Assembly: GCA_937902285.1 (NCBI GenBank)
Contig: CALGTB010000077.1
Coordinates: 1 to 43,514, forward strand
Direction of reading: 5' to 3'
DNA length: 43,514 nt
Source of the DNA: an uncultured Actinomycetes bacterium
Lineage (GTDB): Bacteria; Actinomycetota; Actinomycetes; S36-B12
In this document: positions 29,735 to 43,329 of the stretch, in pieces
Numbering within the stretch: the first letter of the stretch is position 1
How the letters are laid out: each line of letters starts with the position of its first letter
Made by a program: the position numbers and the translations under genes
Notes under the pieces: generated by a model
The model's input: only the letters and a program-made list of their open reading frames with translations
What the model was told of the DNA's origin: nothing
Database searches by the model: none

Positions 29735-30270
29735 CACTTACCAGCCTTTCCGGCCTTGCGGCGCACTACTTCACCCTCGTAGCGCACGCCCTTGCCCTTG
29801 TAGGGCTCCGGCTTGCGCAGCTTGCGGATGTTGGCGGCGACTTCGCCGACCTGCTGCTTGTCGATGCCCTGCACCTTGAACTTGATGGGGCTGTCGACCT
29901 GGAACGAGATGCCCTGGGGCGCCTTGACGACCACGGGATGGCTGAAGCCGAGCTGGAACTCCAGGTCGGTGCCCTTCGCCGCGACACGGTAGCCCGTGCC
30001 GACGATCTCGAGGCCCTTCTCGTAGCCCGTCGTGACCCCGGTCACCATGTTGGCCACCAGCGTGCGGGTGAGTCCGTGCAGGGAGCGCGAGGCCCGCTCG
30101 TCGTTCGGGCGGGTGACGACAAGGCTGCCGTCCTCCTCCGCCACGACGATGGGCTCGGCCACGGTGAGGCTCAGCGTGCCCTTCGGGCCCGTGATGGTCA
30201 CCTCGTTGCCGTCGACCTTGGCGGTCACTCCGGCAGGAACGGGAATCGGCTGACGTCCGATGCGAGACAT
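29734..30270 (-). CDS. rplF: 50S ribosomal protein L6
   Basis: [15 protein letters not shown]...; ATG 30270 with GGAGGG upstream. The track ORF is over-extended to 30312. Confidence 0.95.
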   Translation of the reverse strand: MSRIGRQPIPVPAGVTAKVDGNEVTITGPKGTLSLTVAEPIVVAEEDGSLVVTRPNDERASRSLHGLTRTLVANMVTGVTTGYEKGLEIVGTGYRVAAKGTDLEFQLGFSHPVVVKAPQGISFQVDSPIKFKVQGIDKQQVGEVAANIRKLRKPEPYKGKGVRYEGEVVRRKAGKAGK

Positions 30271-30283
30271 GTCGATCCCTCCT

Positions 30284-30682
30284 CTACCAGACGTAGGCGA
30301 GGACTTCCCCACCCACGCCCTTCTGTGCGGCCTGACGGTCGGTCAGGAGCCCGGACGACGTCGAGAGGATCGCGATGCCCAGTCCACCGAGGACGCGGGG
30401 CAGTGCGGTGCTCTTGGCGTAGACGCGGAGTCCCGGCTTGGACACCCGGCGGAGCCCGGCGATCGAGCGCTCACGCGAGGGTCCGTACTTGAGGTCCAGC
30501 GTCAGCGTCTTGCCGACGGTGGCGTCCTCGACGTGCCAGCCGGCGATGTAGCCCTGGGCCTGGAGGATCTCGGCGATGTTCGCCTTGATCTTCGAGTGGG
30601 GCATCGCGACGGTGTCGTGATACGCGGAGTTCGCGTTGCGCAGTCGCGCAAGCATGTCCGCGATCGGGTCGGTCATTGTCAT
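30284..30682 (-). CDS. rpsH: 30S ribosomal protein S8
   Basis: [18 protein letters not shown]... Confidence 0.95.
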   Translation of the reverse strand: MTMTDPIADMLARLRNANSAYHDTVAMPHSKIKANIAEILQAQGYIAGWHVEDATVGKTLTLDLKYGPSRERSIAGLRRVSKPGLRVYAKSTALPRVLGGLGIAILSTSSGLLTDRQAAQKGVGGEVLAYVW

Positions 30683-30752
30683 GGCCTTCTCGGCCTTCCT
30701 CGCTGTGGTATCCCACCGGGCATTGTGCCCATCGGACCTGCAGCGTCGTTGT

Positions 30753-30938
30753 TTACCAGCTGCTCTTGGTGACGCCCGGCAGTTCGCCGGCGTGTGCCAT
30801 CTCGCGCACGCAGATCCGGCACAGGCCGAACTTGCGATACACCGAGTGCGGACGGCCGCACTTGGTGCACCGGGTGTAGGCCCGGACCTTGAACTTGGGG
30901 GTCTTCTGCTGCTTCTGGATCAGAGCTTTCTTCGCCAT
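30753..30938 (-). CDS. rpsN: 30S ribosomal protein S14 type Z (zinc-binding, 61 aa)
   Basis: [43 protein letters not shown]...; contains both CxxC pairs. Confidence 0.95.
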   Translation of the reverse strand: MAKKALIQKQQKTPKFKVRAYTRCTKCGRPHSVYRKFGLCRICVREMAHAGELPGVTKSSW

Positions 30939-30943
30939 GTGGC

Positions 30944-31516
30944 TCAGGCCTCCTTGAAGGGGAATCCGAGAAGGCGAAGCAGGGCGCGGCCTTCGTCATC
31001 GTTCTGGGCAGTCGTGACGACCGTGATGTCCATTCCGCGGACGCGGTCGATCTTGTCCTGGTCGATCTCGTGGAACATCGACTGCTCGTTGAGTCCGAAG
31101 GTGTAGTTGCCACGTCCGTCGAACTGCTTCGGGGACAGCCCGCGGAAGTCGCGGATGCGGGGCAGCGCGACCGACAGCAGCCGGTCGAGGAACTCCCACA
31201 TGCGATCCCCCCGCAGCGTCACGTGGGCGCCGATGGGCTGGCCCTCACGCAGCTTGAACTGGGCGATCGACTTGCGGGCCTTGGTGACCTGCGGCTTCTG
31301 GCCGGTGATGTCGGCCAGGTCGCGGATCGCGCCCTCGATCAGCTTGGAGTCGCGGGCAGCGGCGCCGACGCCCATGTTGACGACGACCTTGGTGACCGTC
31401 GGCACCTGCATGACATTGGCGAACGAGAACTCCTCGCGCAGGGCGGGGACGATCTCCTCGCGGTAGCGCACCTTGAGGCGCGGTCCCGTCGTCTCGGTGG
31501 TGGAGGTGGTTGTCAT
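30944..31516 (-). CDS. rplE: 50S ribosomal protein L5
   Basis: ...[19 protein letters not shown]... Confidence 0.95.
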   Translation of the reverse strand: MTTTSTTETTGPRLKVRYREEIVPALREEFSFANVMQVPTVTKVVVNMGVGAAARDSKLIEGAIRDLADITGQKPQVTKARKSIAQFKLREGQPIGAHVTLRGDRMWEFLDRLLSVALPRIRDFRGLSPKQFDGRGNYTFGLNEQSMFHEIDQDKIDRVRGMDITVVTTAQNDDEGRALLRLLGFPFKEA

Positions 31517-31525
31517 TGGAGTTCC

Positions 31526-31885
31526 TTAGATGTCTTTGCCGGTGCGGCGGGAGATGCGGACGCTGCGCTCGGCGGGATAGGTCGAGCCGTCGGTGCGACG
31601 CTTCTCGACCTCCTCCTTGCGGAAGCCGATGCGCGTGGGGCGGCCGTCCTCCGGGTCGATGATCATGACGTTCGAGACGTGGATGGGTGCCTCGGTCGTG
31701 ATGATGCCGCCGGTCTTGGCACCGCGGGCGTTCTGGCCCACCTTCGTGTGCTTCTTGATCCGGTTGACGCCCTCGACGATGACCTTCTCGGTGTCGGGGT
31801 AGACCTCGATGACCTTGCCCTTGACACCCCGGTCCTTGCCCGAGATGACCTGGACGAGGTCGCCCTTGCGAATGTTCAGCGACAT
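31526..31885 (-). CDS. rplX: 50S ribosomal protein L24
   Basis: [20 protein letters not shown]... Confidence 0.95.
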   Translation of the reverse strand: MSLNIRKGDLVQVISGKDRGVKGKVIEVYPDTEKVIVEGVNRIKKHTKVGQNARGAKTGGIITTEAPIHVSNVMIIDPEDGRPTRIGFRKEEVEKRRTDGSTYPAERSVRISRRTGKDI

Positions 31886-31887
31886 GG

Positions 31888-32256
31888 CTACAGCACCTCC
31901 GGCGCGAGCGAGATGATCTTCATGAACTTCTTCTCGCGCAGCTCGCGGCCGACCGGCCCGAAGATGCGGGTGCCGCGAGGCTCGCCGTCACCCTTGAGGA
32001 TGACCGCTGCGTTCTCGTCGAAGCGGATGTACGAGCCATCCGGACGGCGCCGCTCCTTGCGGGTGCGGACGATGACGGCCTTGACGACCTCGCCCTTCTT
32101 CACGTTGCCACCCGGGATGGCGTCCTTCACGGTGGCGACGATGACGTCACCGATGCCCGCGTAACGGCGACCTGAGCCGCCGAGCACGCGGATGCAAAGG
32201 ATCTCCTTGGCACCCGTGTTGTCGGCGACACGAAGTCGCGACTCCTGCTGAATCAC
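31888..32256 (-). CDS. rplN: 50S ribosomal protein L14
   Basis: [28 protein letters not shown]... Confidence 0.96.
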   Translation of the reverse strand: MIQQESRLRVADNTGAKEILCIRVLGGSGRRYAGIGDVIVATVKDAIPGGNVKKGEVVKAVIVRTRKERRRPDGSYIRFDENAAVILKGDGEPRGTRIFGPVGRELREKKFMKIISLAPEVL

Positions 32257-32310
32257 TGCATTCTCACTTTCGTCTGCCGGTTCTCGCGAGAGCCTGGCGG
32301 AACTAGTTGG

Positions 32311-32595
32311 CTACTTTGCCTTCTCGAGGATCTCGACCACGCGCCAGCGCTTGGTCGCGGACGTGGGCCGGGTCTCCATGAGGAGGACGCGGTCGCCAAT
32401 GCCTGCGGCGTTGGCCTCGTCATGCGCCTTCAGCTTGCTCGTCCGACGGACGACCTTGCCGTAGAGCGGATGCTTGAAGCGGTCCTCGACTGCGACGACC
32501 ACCGTCTTGTCCATCTTGTCGCTGACCACCAGGCCCTCACGGGTCTTGCGGTAGCCGCGGTTCAACTCTGTCACGCCTGCCTCATTCGAGCTCAT
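32311..32595 (-). CDS. rpsQ: 30S ribosomal protein S17
   Basis: ...[32 protein letters not shown]... Confidence 0.95.
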   Translation of the reverse strand: MSSNEAGVTELNRGYRKTREGLVVSDKMDKTVVVAVEDRFKHPLYGKVVRRTSKLKAHDEANAAGIGDRVLLMETRPTSATKRWRVVEILEKAK

Positions 32596-32843
32596 GCGGC
32601 ACCCTCAGTGCCGTCCGTGCCGAGTCCTTCGTAGGGGGTGATCCCCAGCTCGCGCTCACGAAGGATGGTGTAGATCCGCGCGATGTCCTTGCGGACCGCG
32701 CGCAGGCGACCGTGGTTCTCGAGCTGGCCGGTCGCACCCTGGAAGCGGAGGTTGAACAGCTCCTCCTTCGCCTCCCGGAGCTTCGAGACGAGCTCGGTGT
32801 CGTCGAGGTTGCGGAGCTCGCCCACCTGTGTACCTGCGGCCAT
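32592..32843 (-). CDS. rpmC: 50S ribosomal protein L29 (short C-terminal extension)
   Basis: ...[26 protein letters not shown]... Confidence 0.93.
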   Translation of the reverse strand: MAAGTQVGELRNLDDTELVSKLREAKEELFNLRFQGATGQLENHGRLRAVRKDIARIYTILRERELGITPYEGLGTDGTEGAA

Positions 32844-33265
32844 CAGTTGTCACCTGCTTCATCGCGCCGAACGATCCGGCACTTCATCGGGAGTTTGTGC
32901 ATGGCACGAGTCAGGGCCTCGTTGGCGACCTTCTCGTCCGGGTAGGACAGCTCGAACATGACGCGCCCGGGCTTGACGTTGGCCACCCACCACTCGGGCG
33001 AGCCCTTGCCGGAGCCCATGCGGGTCTCGGCCGGCTTCTTCGTGAGGGGGCGGTCCGGGTAGATGTTGATCCAGACCTTGCCGCCACGACGGATGTGACG
33101 CGTGATGGCGATACGGGCCGACTCGATCTGGCGGTTCGTCACGTAGGCGGGCTCCATGGCCTGGAGGCCGTACGTTCCGAAGGTCACCTCGGTGCCGCCC
33201 TTCGCCACGCCGCGGCGCGTCGGGTGGTGCTGCTTGCGGTGCTTCACCCTGCGGGGAATCAACAT
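32843..33265 (-). CDS. rplP: 50S ribosomal protein L16
   Basis: [19 protein letters not shown]... Confidence 0.96.
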   Translation of the reverse strand: MLIPRRVKHRKQHHPTRRGVAKGGTEVTFGTYGLQAMEPAYVTNRQIESARIAITRHIRRGGKVWINIYPDRPLTKKPAETRMGSGKGSPEWWVANVKPGRVMFELSYPDEKVANEALTRAMHKLPMKCRIVRRDEAGDN

Positions 33266-33270
33266 GACGG

Positions 33271-34092
33271 CTAGCCCTCCTGGCCTTCTGCTGCCGCGGC
33301 GGGCGCGGTCGCGGCGGCGTCGACGAGGACGTCCGCAACCGGCTCGCTGGCACGCTCGGTTCCCTCGGCGTCGGCACGACGGGGACGGTCAGGGCGCGCA
33401 CGCGGGCCGCTCAGGCGAGCGGTGGCTGCTGCCGCCTCACGCTCGGCGCGCGACGCCAGGGCGTCGCCCTTGTAGATCCACACCTTGACGCCGATGCGAC
33501 CGAAGGTCGTACGGGCCTCGTAGAAGCCGTAGTCGATGTCCGCGCGCAGCGTGTGCAGCGGGACGCGACCCTCGCGGTAGAACTCCGTGCGCGACATCTC
33601 CGCACCGCCGAGGCGGCCCGAGACCTGCACGCGGATGCCCTTGGCGCCGCTCTTCATGGTGCTCTGCATGCCCTTGCGCATGGCGCGACGGAACGAGACC
33701 CGGCTCGACAGCTGCTCGGCGATGCCCTGCGCGACCAGCTGCGCCTCGATCTCGGGGTTCTTGACCTCGAGGATGTTGAGCTGCACCTGCTTGCCGGTCA
33801 GCTTCTCGAGGTCGCCGCGGATGCGGTCGGCCTCGGCTCCTCGGCGGCCGATGACGATGCCGGGGCGTGCGGTGTGGATGTCGACGCGGACGCGGTCACG
33901 CGTGCGCTCGATCTCCACGCGCGCGATGCCGGCCCGCTCCATGCCCTGGGAGAGCAGCTTGCGGATCTGGACATCCTCCGCCACGTAGTCGCGGTAGCGC
34001 TGGCCCGGCTTGGAGCTGTCGGCGAACCAGCGAGTGTTGAAGTCGGTGGTGATGCCCAGCCGGAAGCCGTGCGGGTTTACTTTCTGGCCCAC
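33271..34092 (-). CDS. rpsC: 30S ribosomal protein S3 (Ala/Arg-rich C-terminal extension)
   Basis: [18 protein letters not shown]...; GTG start. Confidence 0.96.
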   Translation of the reverse strand: MGQKVNPHGFRLGITTDFNTRWFADSSKPGQRYRDYVAEDVQIRKLLSQGMERAGIARVEIERTRDRVRVDIHTARPGIVIGRRGAEADRIRGDLEKLTGKQVQLNILEVKNPEIEAQLVAQGIAEQLSSRVSFRRAMRKGMQSTMKSGAKGIRVQVSGRLGGAEMSRTEFYREGRVPLHTLRADIDYGFYEARTTFGRIGVKVWIYKGDALASRAEREAAAATARLSGPRARPDRPRRADAEGTERASEPVADVLVDAAATAPAAAAEGQEG

Positions 34093-34099
34093 TGTCGGG

Positions 34100-34666
34100 T
34101 CACCCCTTCGATTCTGCGTCGTCTGCCGGAGCAGTCGCCGTCGTTGCCTTGGAGGCGGTGGTCGCCTTCTTCGCTGCCGTGGTGGTGGCCTTCGAGGCCG
34201 CCGTCGTGCTGGCCTTCTTGGCCGCCGCCTTCTTGGCGGGAGCAGCCTCGGCCGGCGCGGTCTCGGCCGGCTTCTTCGGTGCCGCAGCCTTGGGGGCCGC
34301 CTTCGCGGCCGCCTTGACGACCGGCACCTCGGGGACGCCGTCGGAGACGATCACCGTGATGTGGCTGCTGCGCTTGCGGATCCGGTAGGCGCGGCCCTGG
34401 GCGCGCGGACGGATGCGCTTCATGGTGGGGCCCTCGTCGACGAATGCCGCGCTCACGACCAGCGCGCGGACGTCCATCGCGTGGTTGTTCGCCGCGTTGG
34501 CAATCGCACTGTCGAGCACCTTGCCGATCGGCTCACTGGCCGCCTGCGGCGCGAACTTCAACACCGCCTGGGCGTCAGCCGCGTTCATGCCTCGGATGAG
34601 GTCGATAACGCGACGCGCCTTCATGGGCGTGACGCGGACGTACCGCGCCTGGGCCCTGGCTTCCAT
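34100..34666 (-). CDS. rplV: 50S ribosomal protein L22 with a roughly 80-aa Ala/Lys/Thr/Pro-rich C-terminal tail
   Basis: [26 protein letters not shown]...; tail reads [18 protein letters not shown]...[17 protein letters not shown]. Confidence 0.95.
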   Translation of the reverse strand: MEARAQARYVRVTPMKARRVIDLIRGMNAADAQAVLKFAPQAASEPIGKVLDSAIANAANNHAMDVRALVVSAAFVDEGPTMKRIRPRAQGRAYRIRKRSSHITVIVSDGVPEVPVVKAAAKAAPKAAAPKKPAETAPAEAAPAKKAAAKKASTTAASKATTTAAKKATTASKATTATAPADDAESKG

Positions 34667-34732
34667 GTCTATCCCCTTGCTGCTACGTGGTTAGTGATCG
34701 GTTGTTGTTCGTGATCGGAGCGAGTGCGCCGA

Positions 34733-35014
34733 CTAGCGCTTGCGCGCCTTGCGGTCGTCCTTGACGTGCCCGCGGAAGGTGCGCGTCGGTGCGAACTCTC
34801 CGAGCTTGTGCCCGACCATGTTCTCGGAGACGAAGACCGGAACGTGCTTGCGTCCGTCGTGGACGGCGATCGTGTGACCGAGCATCGCCGGGACGATCAT
34901 GGACCGACGCGACCACGTCTTGATGACGGTCTTGGTGCCGGCCTCGTTCTGGACATCCACCTTCTTCATGAGGTGGGCGTCGATGAAGGGGCCCTTCTTC
35001 AGGCTGCGTGGCAT
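34733..35014 (-). CDS. rpsS: 30S ribosomal protein S19
   Basis: [19 protein letters not shown]... Confidence 0.96.
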   Translation of the reverse strand: MPRSLKKGPFIDAHLMKKVDVQNEAGTKTVIKTWSRRSMIVPAMLGHTIAVHDGRKHVPVFVSENMVGHKLGEFAPTRTFRGHVKDDRKARKR

Positions 35015-35022
35015 GTCTTTCC

Positions 35023-35859
35023 CTATCGCTTCTTGCCGGACTTGCGGCGGCGGACGATGAACTTGTCGCTGGCCTTGTTGGCCGAGCGCGTGCGGCCCTC
35101 GGGCTTGCCGTTCGGGTTGACCGGGTGACGGCCTCCCGACGTCTTGCCCTCGCCGCCACCGTGCGGGTGGTCGACCGGGTTCATGGCCACGCCGCGGACG
35201 GTCGGGCGCTTGCCCTTCCAGCGCATGCGGCCGGCCTTGCCCCAGTTGATGTTCGACTGCTCGGCGTTGCCGACCTCGCCGATCGTCGCGCGGCAGCGCA
35301 GGTCGACGTTGCGGATCTCGCCGGACGGCATGCGCAGCTGCGCGTAGGGGCCGTCCTTGGCCACCAGCTGGACCGAGGAGCCCGCCGAGCGGGCGATCTT
35401 CGCGCCGCCACCCGGCTTGAGCTCGACCGCGTGGATGACCGTGCCGACGGGGATGTTGCGCATGGGCAGGTTGTTGCCCGGCTTGATGTCGGCGCTGGGG
35501 CCGGTCTCGATCGGGTCGCCCTGCTTGAGCTTGTTCGGCGCGATGATGTAGCGCTTCTCGCCGTCCGCGTAGTGCAGCAGCGCGATACGCGCCGTGCGGT
35601 TGGGGTCGTACTCGATGTGCGCGACCCGGGCCGGAACACCGTCCTTGTCAGCGCGACGGAAGTCGATCAGGCGGTATGCCCGCTTGTGCCCGCCGCCCTG
35701 GTGGCGGGTCGTGATCTTGCCGGAGTTGTTGCGCCCGCCCTTCTTGGGCAGCGGCCGCACCAGCGACTTCTCCGGCGATGACCGGGTGATCTCGACGAAG
35801 TCGGCCACGCTCGAGCCACGACGGCCCGGCGTTGTCGGCTTGTACTTGCGGATTCCCAT
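35023..35859 (-). CDS. rplB: 50S ribosomal protein L2
   Basis: [21 protein letters not shown]... Confidence 0.97.
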   Translation of the reverse strand: MGIRKYKPTTPGRRGSSVADFVEITRSSPEKSLVRPLPKKGGRNNSGKITTRHQGGGHKRAYRLIDFRRADKDGVPARVAHIEYDPNRTARIALLHYADGEKRYIIAPNKLKQGDPIETGPSADIKPGNNLPMRNIPVGTVIHAVELKPGGGAKIARSAGSSVQLVAKDGPYAQLRMPSGEIRNVDLRCRATIGEVGNAEQSNINWGKAGRMRWKGKRPTVRGVAMNPVDHPHGGGEGKTSGGRHPVNPNGKPEGRTRSANKASDKFIVRRRKSGKKR

Positions 35860-35904
35860 AGCTGTCTTTCCGTCTCGTGAGTGTGCGGTCGGTCAGAAAC
35901 CCGG

Positions 35905-36204
35905 TCAGGAGACCGGGCCTCCGAAGATGTCGATGCGATCGCCGGCGGCGACCGTCACGATGGCGCGCTTGGTCGCGGCCCGACGGCCGAAGCCGGTGCG
36001 GGTGCGCAGGCGCTTGCCCTCACGGTTGAGCGTGTTGACCGAGGTCACCTTCACCCCGAACACCTGCTCGACCGCGATCTTGATCTGCGTCTTGTTCGCG
36101 TCCGGCGACACGACGAACGTGTACTTGTTCTCGTCGAGGAGCGCGTAGCTCTTCTCCGAGATGACCGGCGAGATCAGAACGTCGCGGGGATCAGTGATCC
36201 TCAT
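35905..36204 (-). CDS. rplW: 50S ribosomal protein L23
   Basis: ...[29 protein letters not shown]... Confidence 0.95.
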   Translation of the reverse strand: MRITDPRDVLISPVISEKSYALLDENKYTFVVSPDANKTQIKIAVEQVFGVKVTSVNTLNREGKRLRTRTGFGRRAATKRAIVTVAAGDRIDIFGGPVS

Positions 36205-36875
36205 TCCGACACCTCACTCTCAGTGGCAACAGCCTTGACCGACTTGCCCTTGACGGGGCCGGCCAGGAAGACGTCGAGCGATGCGGAGGTGAAGACCACC
36301 TGATCGCTCACGAGCACGTCGTAGGTATTGAGCTGGTCGACGTAGATCAGGTGCACGTCGGGGACGTTGCGCAGGCTGAGCGCCGACACGTCGTCGCCGC
36401 GGTCGATGGCGATGAGCACGTGGCCCGACAGCCCCAGTGAGGACAGGGTCGCGGTCGCCGCCTTGGTCGACGGCTTGTCGCCCTCGACCAGCGCCGTGAC
36501 GACGTGGATTCGGCCCTCGCGCGCCCTGTCCGACAGGGCCCCGCGCAGTGCCGCGGCGATCATCTTCTTGGGGGTGCGCTGGGCGTAGTCGCGGGTCGAA
36601 GGGCCGTGGACGACGCCGCCGCCGACGAACTGAGGTGCACGGATCGAGCCCTGACGTGCGCGACCAGTGCCCTTCTGCTTGTAGGGCTTGCGACCACCGC
36701 CGCTGACCTCCGCCCGCGTCTTGGTGTTGGCCGTGCCCTGCCGCGCGGCAGCGAGCTGCGCCACGACGACCTGGTGGATCAACGGGATGTTGACCTGCAC
36801 GTCGAAGATCTCAGCCGGCAGCTCGACGCTGCCGGAGGCCGCACCCGCAGGGGTGCGAACGTCTACCGCGGTCAT
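36201..36875 (-). CDS. rplD: 50S ribosomal protein L4
   Basis: ...[19 protein letters not shown]... Confidence 0.95.
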   Translation of the reverse strand: MTAVDVRTPAGAASGSVELPAEIFDVQVNIPLIHQVVVAQLAAARQGTANTKTRAEVSGGGRKPYKQKGTGRARQGSIRAPQFVGGGVVHGPSTRDYAQRTPKKMIAAALRGALSDRAREGRIHVVTALVEGDKPSTKAATATLSSLGLSGHVLIAIDRGDDVSALSLRNVPDVHLIYVDQLNTYDVLVSDQVVFTSASLDVFLAGPVKGKSVKAVATESEVSE

Positions 36876-37522
36876 GCCTGGTCCTCCTTGACAGCCGTGC
36901 GGACGAACACGAGTCCGCCCTTGGGGCCGGGGATGGCGCCCTTGATCAGCAGCAGGCCGCGCTCGGCGTCGATGCCCTGGACGACGAGGTTCTGCGTGGT
37001 CTGCCGGACACCGCCCATGCGGCCGGCCATCTTCATGCCCTTGAACACGCGGCCCGGGGTTGCGCAGCCGCCGATGGAGCCCGGCGAGCGATGCTTGCGC
37101 TGAACGCCGTGCGAGGCCTTGAGGCCGTGGAAGCGGTGACGCTTCATGACGCCGGCGAAGCCCTTGCCCTTGGTGGTTCCCACCACGTCGACCATCTGGC
37201 CCGCCGCGAAGACGTCGGTGCCGATCTCCTGGCCCAGCGTGTACTCGGTCGCATCGTCGGTGCGGATCTCGACCAGGTGGCGGCGCGGGGTCACGCCGGC
37301 CTTGGCGAAGTGGCCGGCATCCGGCTTGTTCACCTTGCGCGGGTCGATCGCACCGAAGGCGATCTGGACGGCTGAGTAGCCGTCGGTCTCAGGCGAGCGG
37401 ACCTGGGTTACGACGCACGGCCCGGCCTTGACCACGGTCACGGGGACAACCTTGTTGTTGTCATCCCAGACCTGGGTCATGCCGAGCTTCTCGCCCAGAA
37501 CGCCCTTCACGTTGGTGCCCAT
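36872..37522 (-). CDS. rplC: 50S ribosomal protein L3
   Basis: ...[26 protein letters not shown]... Confidence 0.96.
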   Translation of the reverse strand: MGTNVKGVLGEKLGMTQVWDDNNKVVPVTVVKAGPCVVTQVRSPETDGYSAVQIAFGAIDPRKVNKPDAGHFAKAGVTPRRHLVEIRTDDATEYTLGQEIGTDVFAAGQMVDVVGTTKGKGFAGVMKRHRFHGLKASHGVQRKHRSPGSIGGCATPGRVFKGMKMAGRMGGVRQTTQNLVVQGIDAERGLLLIKGAIPGPKGGLVFVRTAVKEDQA

Positions 37523-37569
37523 CTGATGTGTCCTTGCCTCGTTAGTCGAAGTCGCTGTGACGGATGCGG

Positions 37570-37878
37570 TTAGAGCTTGATCTCGATGTCGACGCCAGCC
37601 GGCAGGTCGAGGCGCATGAGCGAGTCGACGGTCTTCGGCGTGGGGTCGAGGATGTCGATGAGTCGCTTGTGGGTGCGCATCTCGAAGTGCTCGCGGCTGT
37701 CCTTGTACTTGTGCGGCGAACGGATCACGCAGTAGATGTTCTTCTCCGTCGGCAGCGGCACCGGTCCCGCGACCTTCGCGCCGGTGCGGGTGACCGTCTC
37801 CACGATCTTGCGCGCCGAGGAGTCGATGACCTCGTGGTCATAGGCCTTGAGCCGGATGCGGATCTTCTGTCCCGCCAT
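37570..37878 (-). CDS. rpsJ: 30S ribosomal protein S10
   Basis: [27 protein letters not shown]... Confidence 0.97.
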   Translation of the reverse strand: MAGQKIRIRLKAYDHEVIDSSARKIVETVTRTGAKVAGPVPLPTEKNIYCVIRSPHKYKDSREHFEMRTHKRLIDILDPTPKTVDSLMRLDLPAGVDIEIKL

Positions 37879-37956
37879 GATGGCTTGGTGTCCTTACTCG
37901 TGTAGTGCCGCTGCGAATGGTGTTTCTGGACTGACGTACGGGTGGTGCGGGTGGAT

Positions 37957-38012
37957 TTCGTGGGGGGCAGCGGGTCGCGCCGCCCCCCACGAAGTTCCGG
38001 GGATCCTCGGAA

Positions 38013-38014
<2 letters not shown>
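37957..38014 (-). terminator. Two tandem GC-rich hairpins immediately after the tuf stop (putative str-operon terminator or attenuator)
   Basis: ttcgtgggggg (37957-37967) pairs with ccccccacgaa (37983-37993). agttccg (37993-37999) pairs with cggaact (38008-38014). There is no clear U-tract. Confidence 0.5.
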
Positions 38015-39209
<1,195 letters not shown>

Positions 39210-39244
39210 TTGAGTTCTCCCTTGTCCTCTTGCCGTCCGGCGTT

Positions 39245-39297
39245 GTCGCGGATCGGTGTGCTGATCTGTTGGTTATGGGTGGTTGTGTGATCCGCGA

Positions 39298-39298
<1 letters not shown>
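39245..39298 (-). other. 10-bp inverted repeat (34-nt loop) in the fusA-tuf spacer
   Basis: gtcgcggatc (39245-39254) is the reverse complement of gatccgcgac (39289-39298), which abuts the fusA stop. Confidence 0.4.
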
Positions 39299-41397
<2,099 letters not shown>

Positions 41398-41445
41398 GTT
41401 CGGTTCTCCGTTTGCTTTCGAGGTTGGTCGGGAGGTGTGCGGGGA

Positions 41446-41916
41446 CTACCAGCGGTAGTGCGCGAAGGCCTTGTTCGACTCGGCCATCTTGTGGGTGTCC
41501 TCGCGCTTCTTGACAGCAGCGCCGAGGCCGTTGGAGGCGTCGAGGATCTCGTTCATGAGGCGCTCGGTCATCGTCTTCTCGCGACGGGACTTCGAGTAGC
41601 CGATGAGCCAGCGCAGCGCGAGCGTGGTGCTGCGGCCGGCCTTGACCTCGACGGGCACCTGGTAGGTGGCGCCGCCGACGCGACGCGAGCGGACCTCGAG
41701 GGTCGGCTTGACGTTGTCGAGCGCGCGCTTGAGCGTCTGGACGGGGTCGGTGCCGGTCTTCTCGCGGCAGCCCTCGAGGGCGCCGTAGACGATGCGCTCG
41801 GCGGTGGAGCGCTTGCCGTCGAGGAGGACCTTGTTGATCAGCTGGGTGACGACCGGCGATGCGTAGACCGGGTCGATGACGATTGGCCGCTTGGCTGCGG
41901 GTCCCTTGCGAGGCAT
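41446..41916 (-). CDS. rpsG: 30S ribosomal protein S7
   Basis: [29 protein letters not shown]...; the ATG shares one base with the rpsL stop (TAATG). The track ORF is over-extended. Confidence 0.96.
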   Translation of the reverse strand: MPRKGPAAKRPIVIDPVYASPVVTQLINKVLLDGKRSTAERIVYGALEGCREKTGTDPVQTLKRALDNVKPTLEVRSRRVGGATYQVPVEVKAGRSTTLALRWLIGYSKSRREKTMTERLMNEILDASNGLGAAVKKREDTHKMAESNKAFAHYRW

Positions 41917-42290
41917 TAGCCCTTCTCCTTCTTCGCGCCGTAGCGGGACCGAGCCTGCTTGCGGTTCTTGACGCCCTGGGTGTCGAGGGCGCCGCGGATG
42001 ACCTTGTAGCGAACGCCCGGAAGGTCGCGGACGCGGCCGCCACGCACGAGCACGATCGAGTGCTCCTGCAGGTTGTGGCCCACGCCCGGGATGTAGGCGG
42101 TGATCTCGATGCCGGATGTCAGGCGGACACGGGCGACCTTGCGAAGCGCCGAGTTCGGCTTCTTCGGGGTCGTCGTGTAGACGCGCGTGCACACCCCACG
42201 ACGCTGGGGGCTGCCCTTGAGCGCCGGAGCCTTGGTCTTGGAGACCTTGTCCTGCCGGCCCTTGCGGACCAGCTGCTGGATGGTTGGCAC
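41916..42290 (-). CDS. rpsL: 30S ribosomal protein S12
   Basis: (V)[47 protein letters not shown]...; GTG start with GGAAGG upstream. The track ORF is over-extended to 42347. Confidence 0.96.
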   Translation of the reverse strand: MPTIQQLVRKGRQDKVSKTKAPALKGSPQRRGVCTRVYTTTPKKPNSALRKVARVRLTSGIEITAYIPGVGHNLQEHSIVLVRGGRVRDLPGVRYKVIRGALDTQGVKNRKQARSRYGAKKEKG

Positions 42291-42523
42291 TGTTGCCTTC
42301 CTGCCTTCTTGTCGAGTTCGCGTGCTTCCGTCGTTCTCCCCACCCACGCGGTCGGGCGTGTCGCATCACTGTCGTGACGCAACGACGGCCAGATCGTCGA
42401 TGGAGCCCCAGCGGCGAACCGCTCGCGTGCGGTCTTCACCTCGGGCGGGCGACCTGACGGTCACCCTGATGTGGGGAAGCCACGCACGGTGGGGTGTACC
42501 TGAGGGGCCAGGCACAAGTAGGT

Positions 42524-42553
42524 AGGTTACCCGCCCGTCCGCGCGAGAGTCAA
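42524..42553 (-). promoter_or_regulatory. Putative housekeeping-sigma promoter of the str operon (-35 TTGACT, 18-nt spacer, -10 TAACCT)
   Basis: Minus strand reads ccccgtTTTGACTctcgcgcggacgggcgggTAACCTacc. This would give a 5' UTR of roughly 225 nt ahead of rpsL. Confidence 0.4.
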
Positions 42554-42593
42554 AACGGGGTCCCTGCAGCCCCCGATGGGCTCGGCGCCCCGC

Positions 42594-43139
42594 TCAGTTG
42601 TTGCGGGCGCTGTCCAGTCCCCCGGCGATGGCGACCAGCACGAGCACGAAGGCGCCGATCACGATCAGGGCCACGTAGAAGCCGATGTTGATCCAGGAGA
42701 CGATCTTGGCCGCCGTGACCATGCCGCCGCCCTGGATCCGCTCCCCCGAGGCCTGGATCTCCTTGCCCGCCATCGAGGCGAACACCAGCGCCACGATGGC
42801 CGGGACGATCGGGCACACCACCCAGGAGGCGATCGACAGGATGAGGGCGATGATCGCGTTGCTTGAGGTCTTCGGGCCGGGCGCGTAGGCGGGGGCGTAG
42901 GCGGCACCGGGGGGCGGGGCCGGGTAGCTCGTCGCGGCAGGTGCGGCGACCGGAGCAGCGGGCCACTGAGCGGGGGCTGCCGGGGCCACGGGCGCCTCGG
43001 GGGCTGCCGCCACCGGCGCCTCGGGTGCCGGGGGCATGGGCGCCTCGGGAACTGCCGCCTCGGGGGCGGTCGCCTCGGGCTCGGAGGCGGGCACGGGCGC
43101 GGCGGCGGGGTCCTGGGCGGGCTGGTTCTCGTCGGTCAT
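42594..43139 (-). CDS. DUF4190-type small membrane protein with a Pro/Ala/Glu-rich N-terminal region
   Basis: 181-aa ORF. About 95 aa of PEAP-like low complexity are followed by hydrophobic helices IIALILSIASWVVCPIVPAIVALVFA and VALIVIGAFVLVLVAIAG. Confidence 0.75.
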   Translation of the reverse strand: MTDENQPAQDPAAAPVPASEPEATAPEAAVPEAPMPPAPEAPVAAAPEAPVAPAAPAQWPAAPVAAPAATSYPAPPPGAAYAPAYAPGPKTSSNAIIALILSIASWVVCPIVPAIVALVFASMAGKEIQASGERIQGGGMVTAAKIVSWINIGFYVALIVIGAFVLVLVAIAGGLDSARNN

Positions 43140-43194
43140 GCAGGCAGCCTACCTCCGCACGTCGCCCCCCGGCACGGCCGATGTGCCACGACAG

Positions 43195-43322
43195 CGGGAG
43201 GGGAGCCGCGGTGCGGCTCCCCTCCCGGACGTGCTGACGAACGGACGATCAGGCGTTGTGTTCGTGCCTTCGGCACTTCGACAACGCCATCCTCGCTCGG
43301 GCCATCGCGCAAGCGCGAGCCC
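43195..43322 (-). terminator. Cluster of three stem-loops downstream of rpoC (putative rpoBC terminator region)
   Basis: (1) 43299-43322: gggc..tcgcgc-aa-gcgcga-gccc. (2) 43252-43288: ggcgttgt...acaacgcc with an inner gtgcc-ttc-ggcac. (3) 43195-43227: 15-bp perfect stem cgggaggggagccgc-ggt-gcggctcccctcccg. Confidence 0.6.
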
Positions 43323-43329
43323 TCACTCG

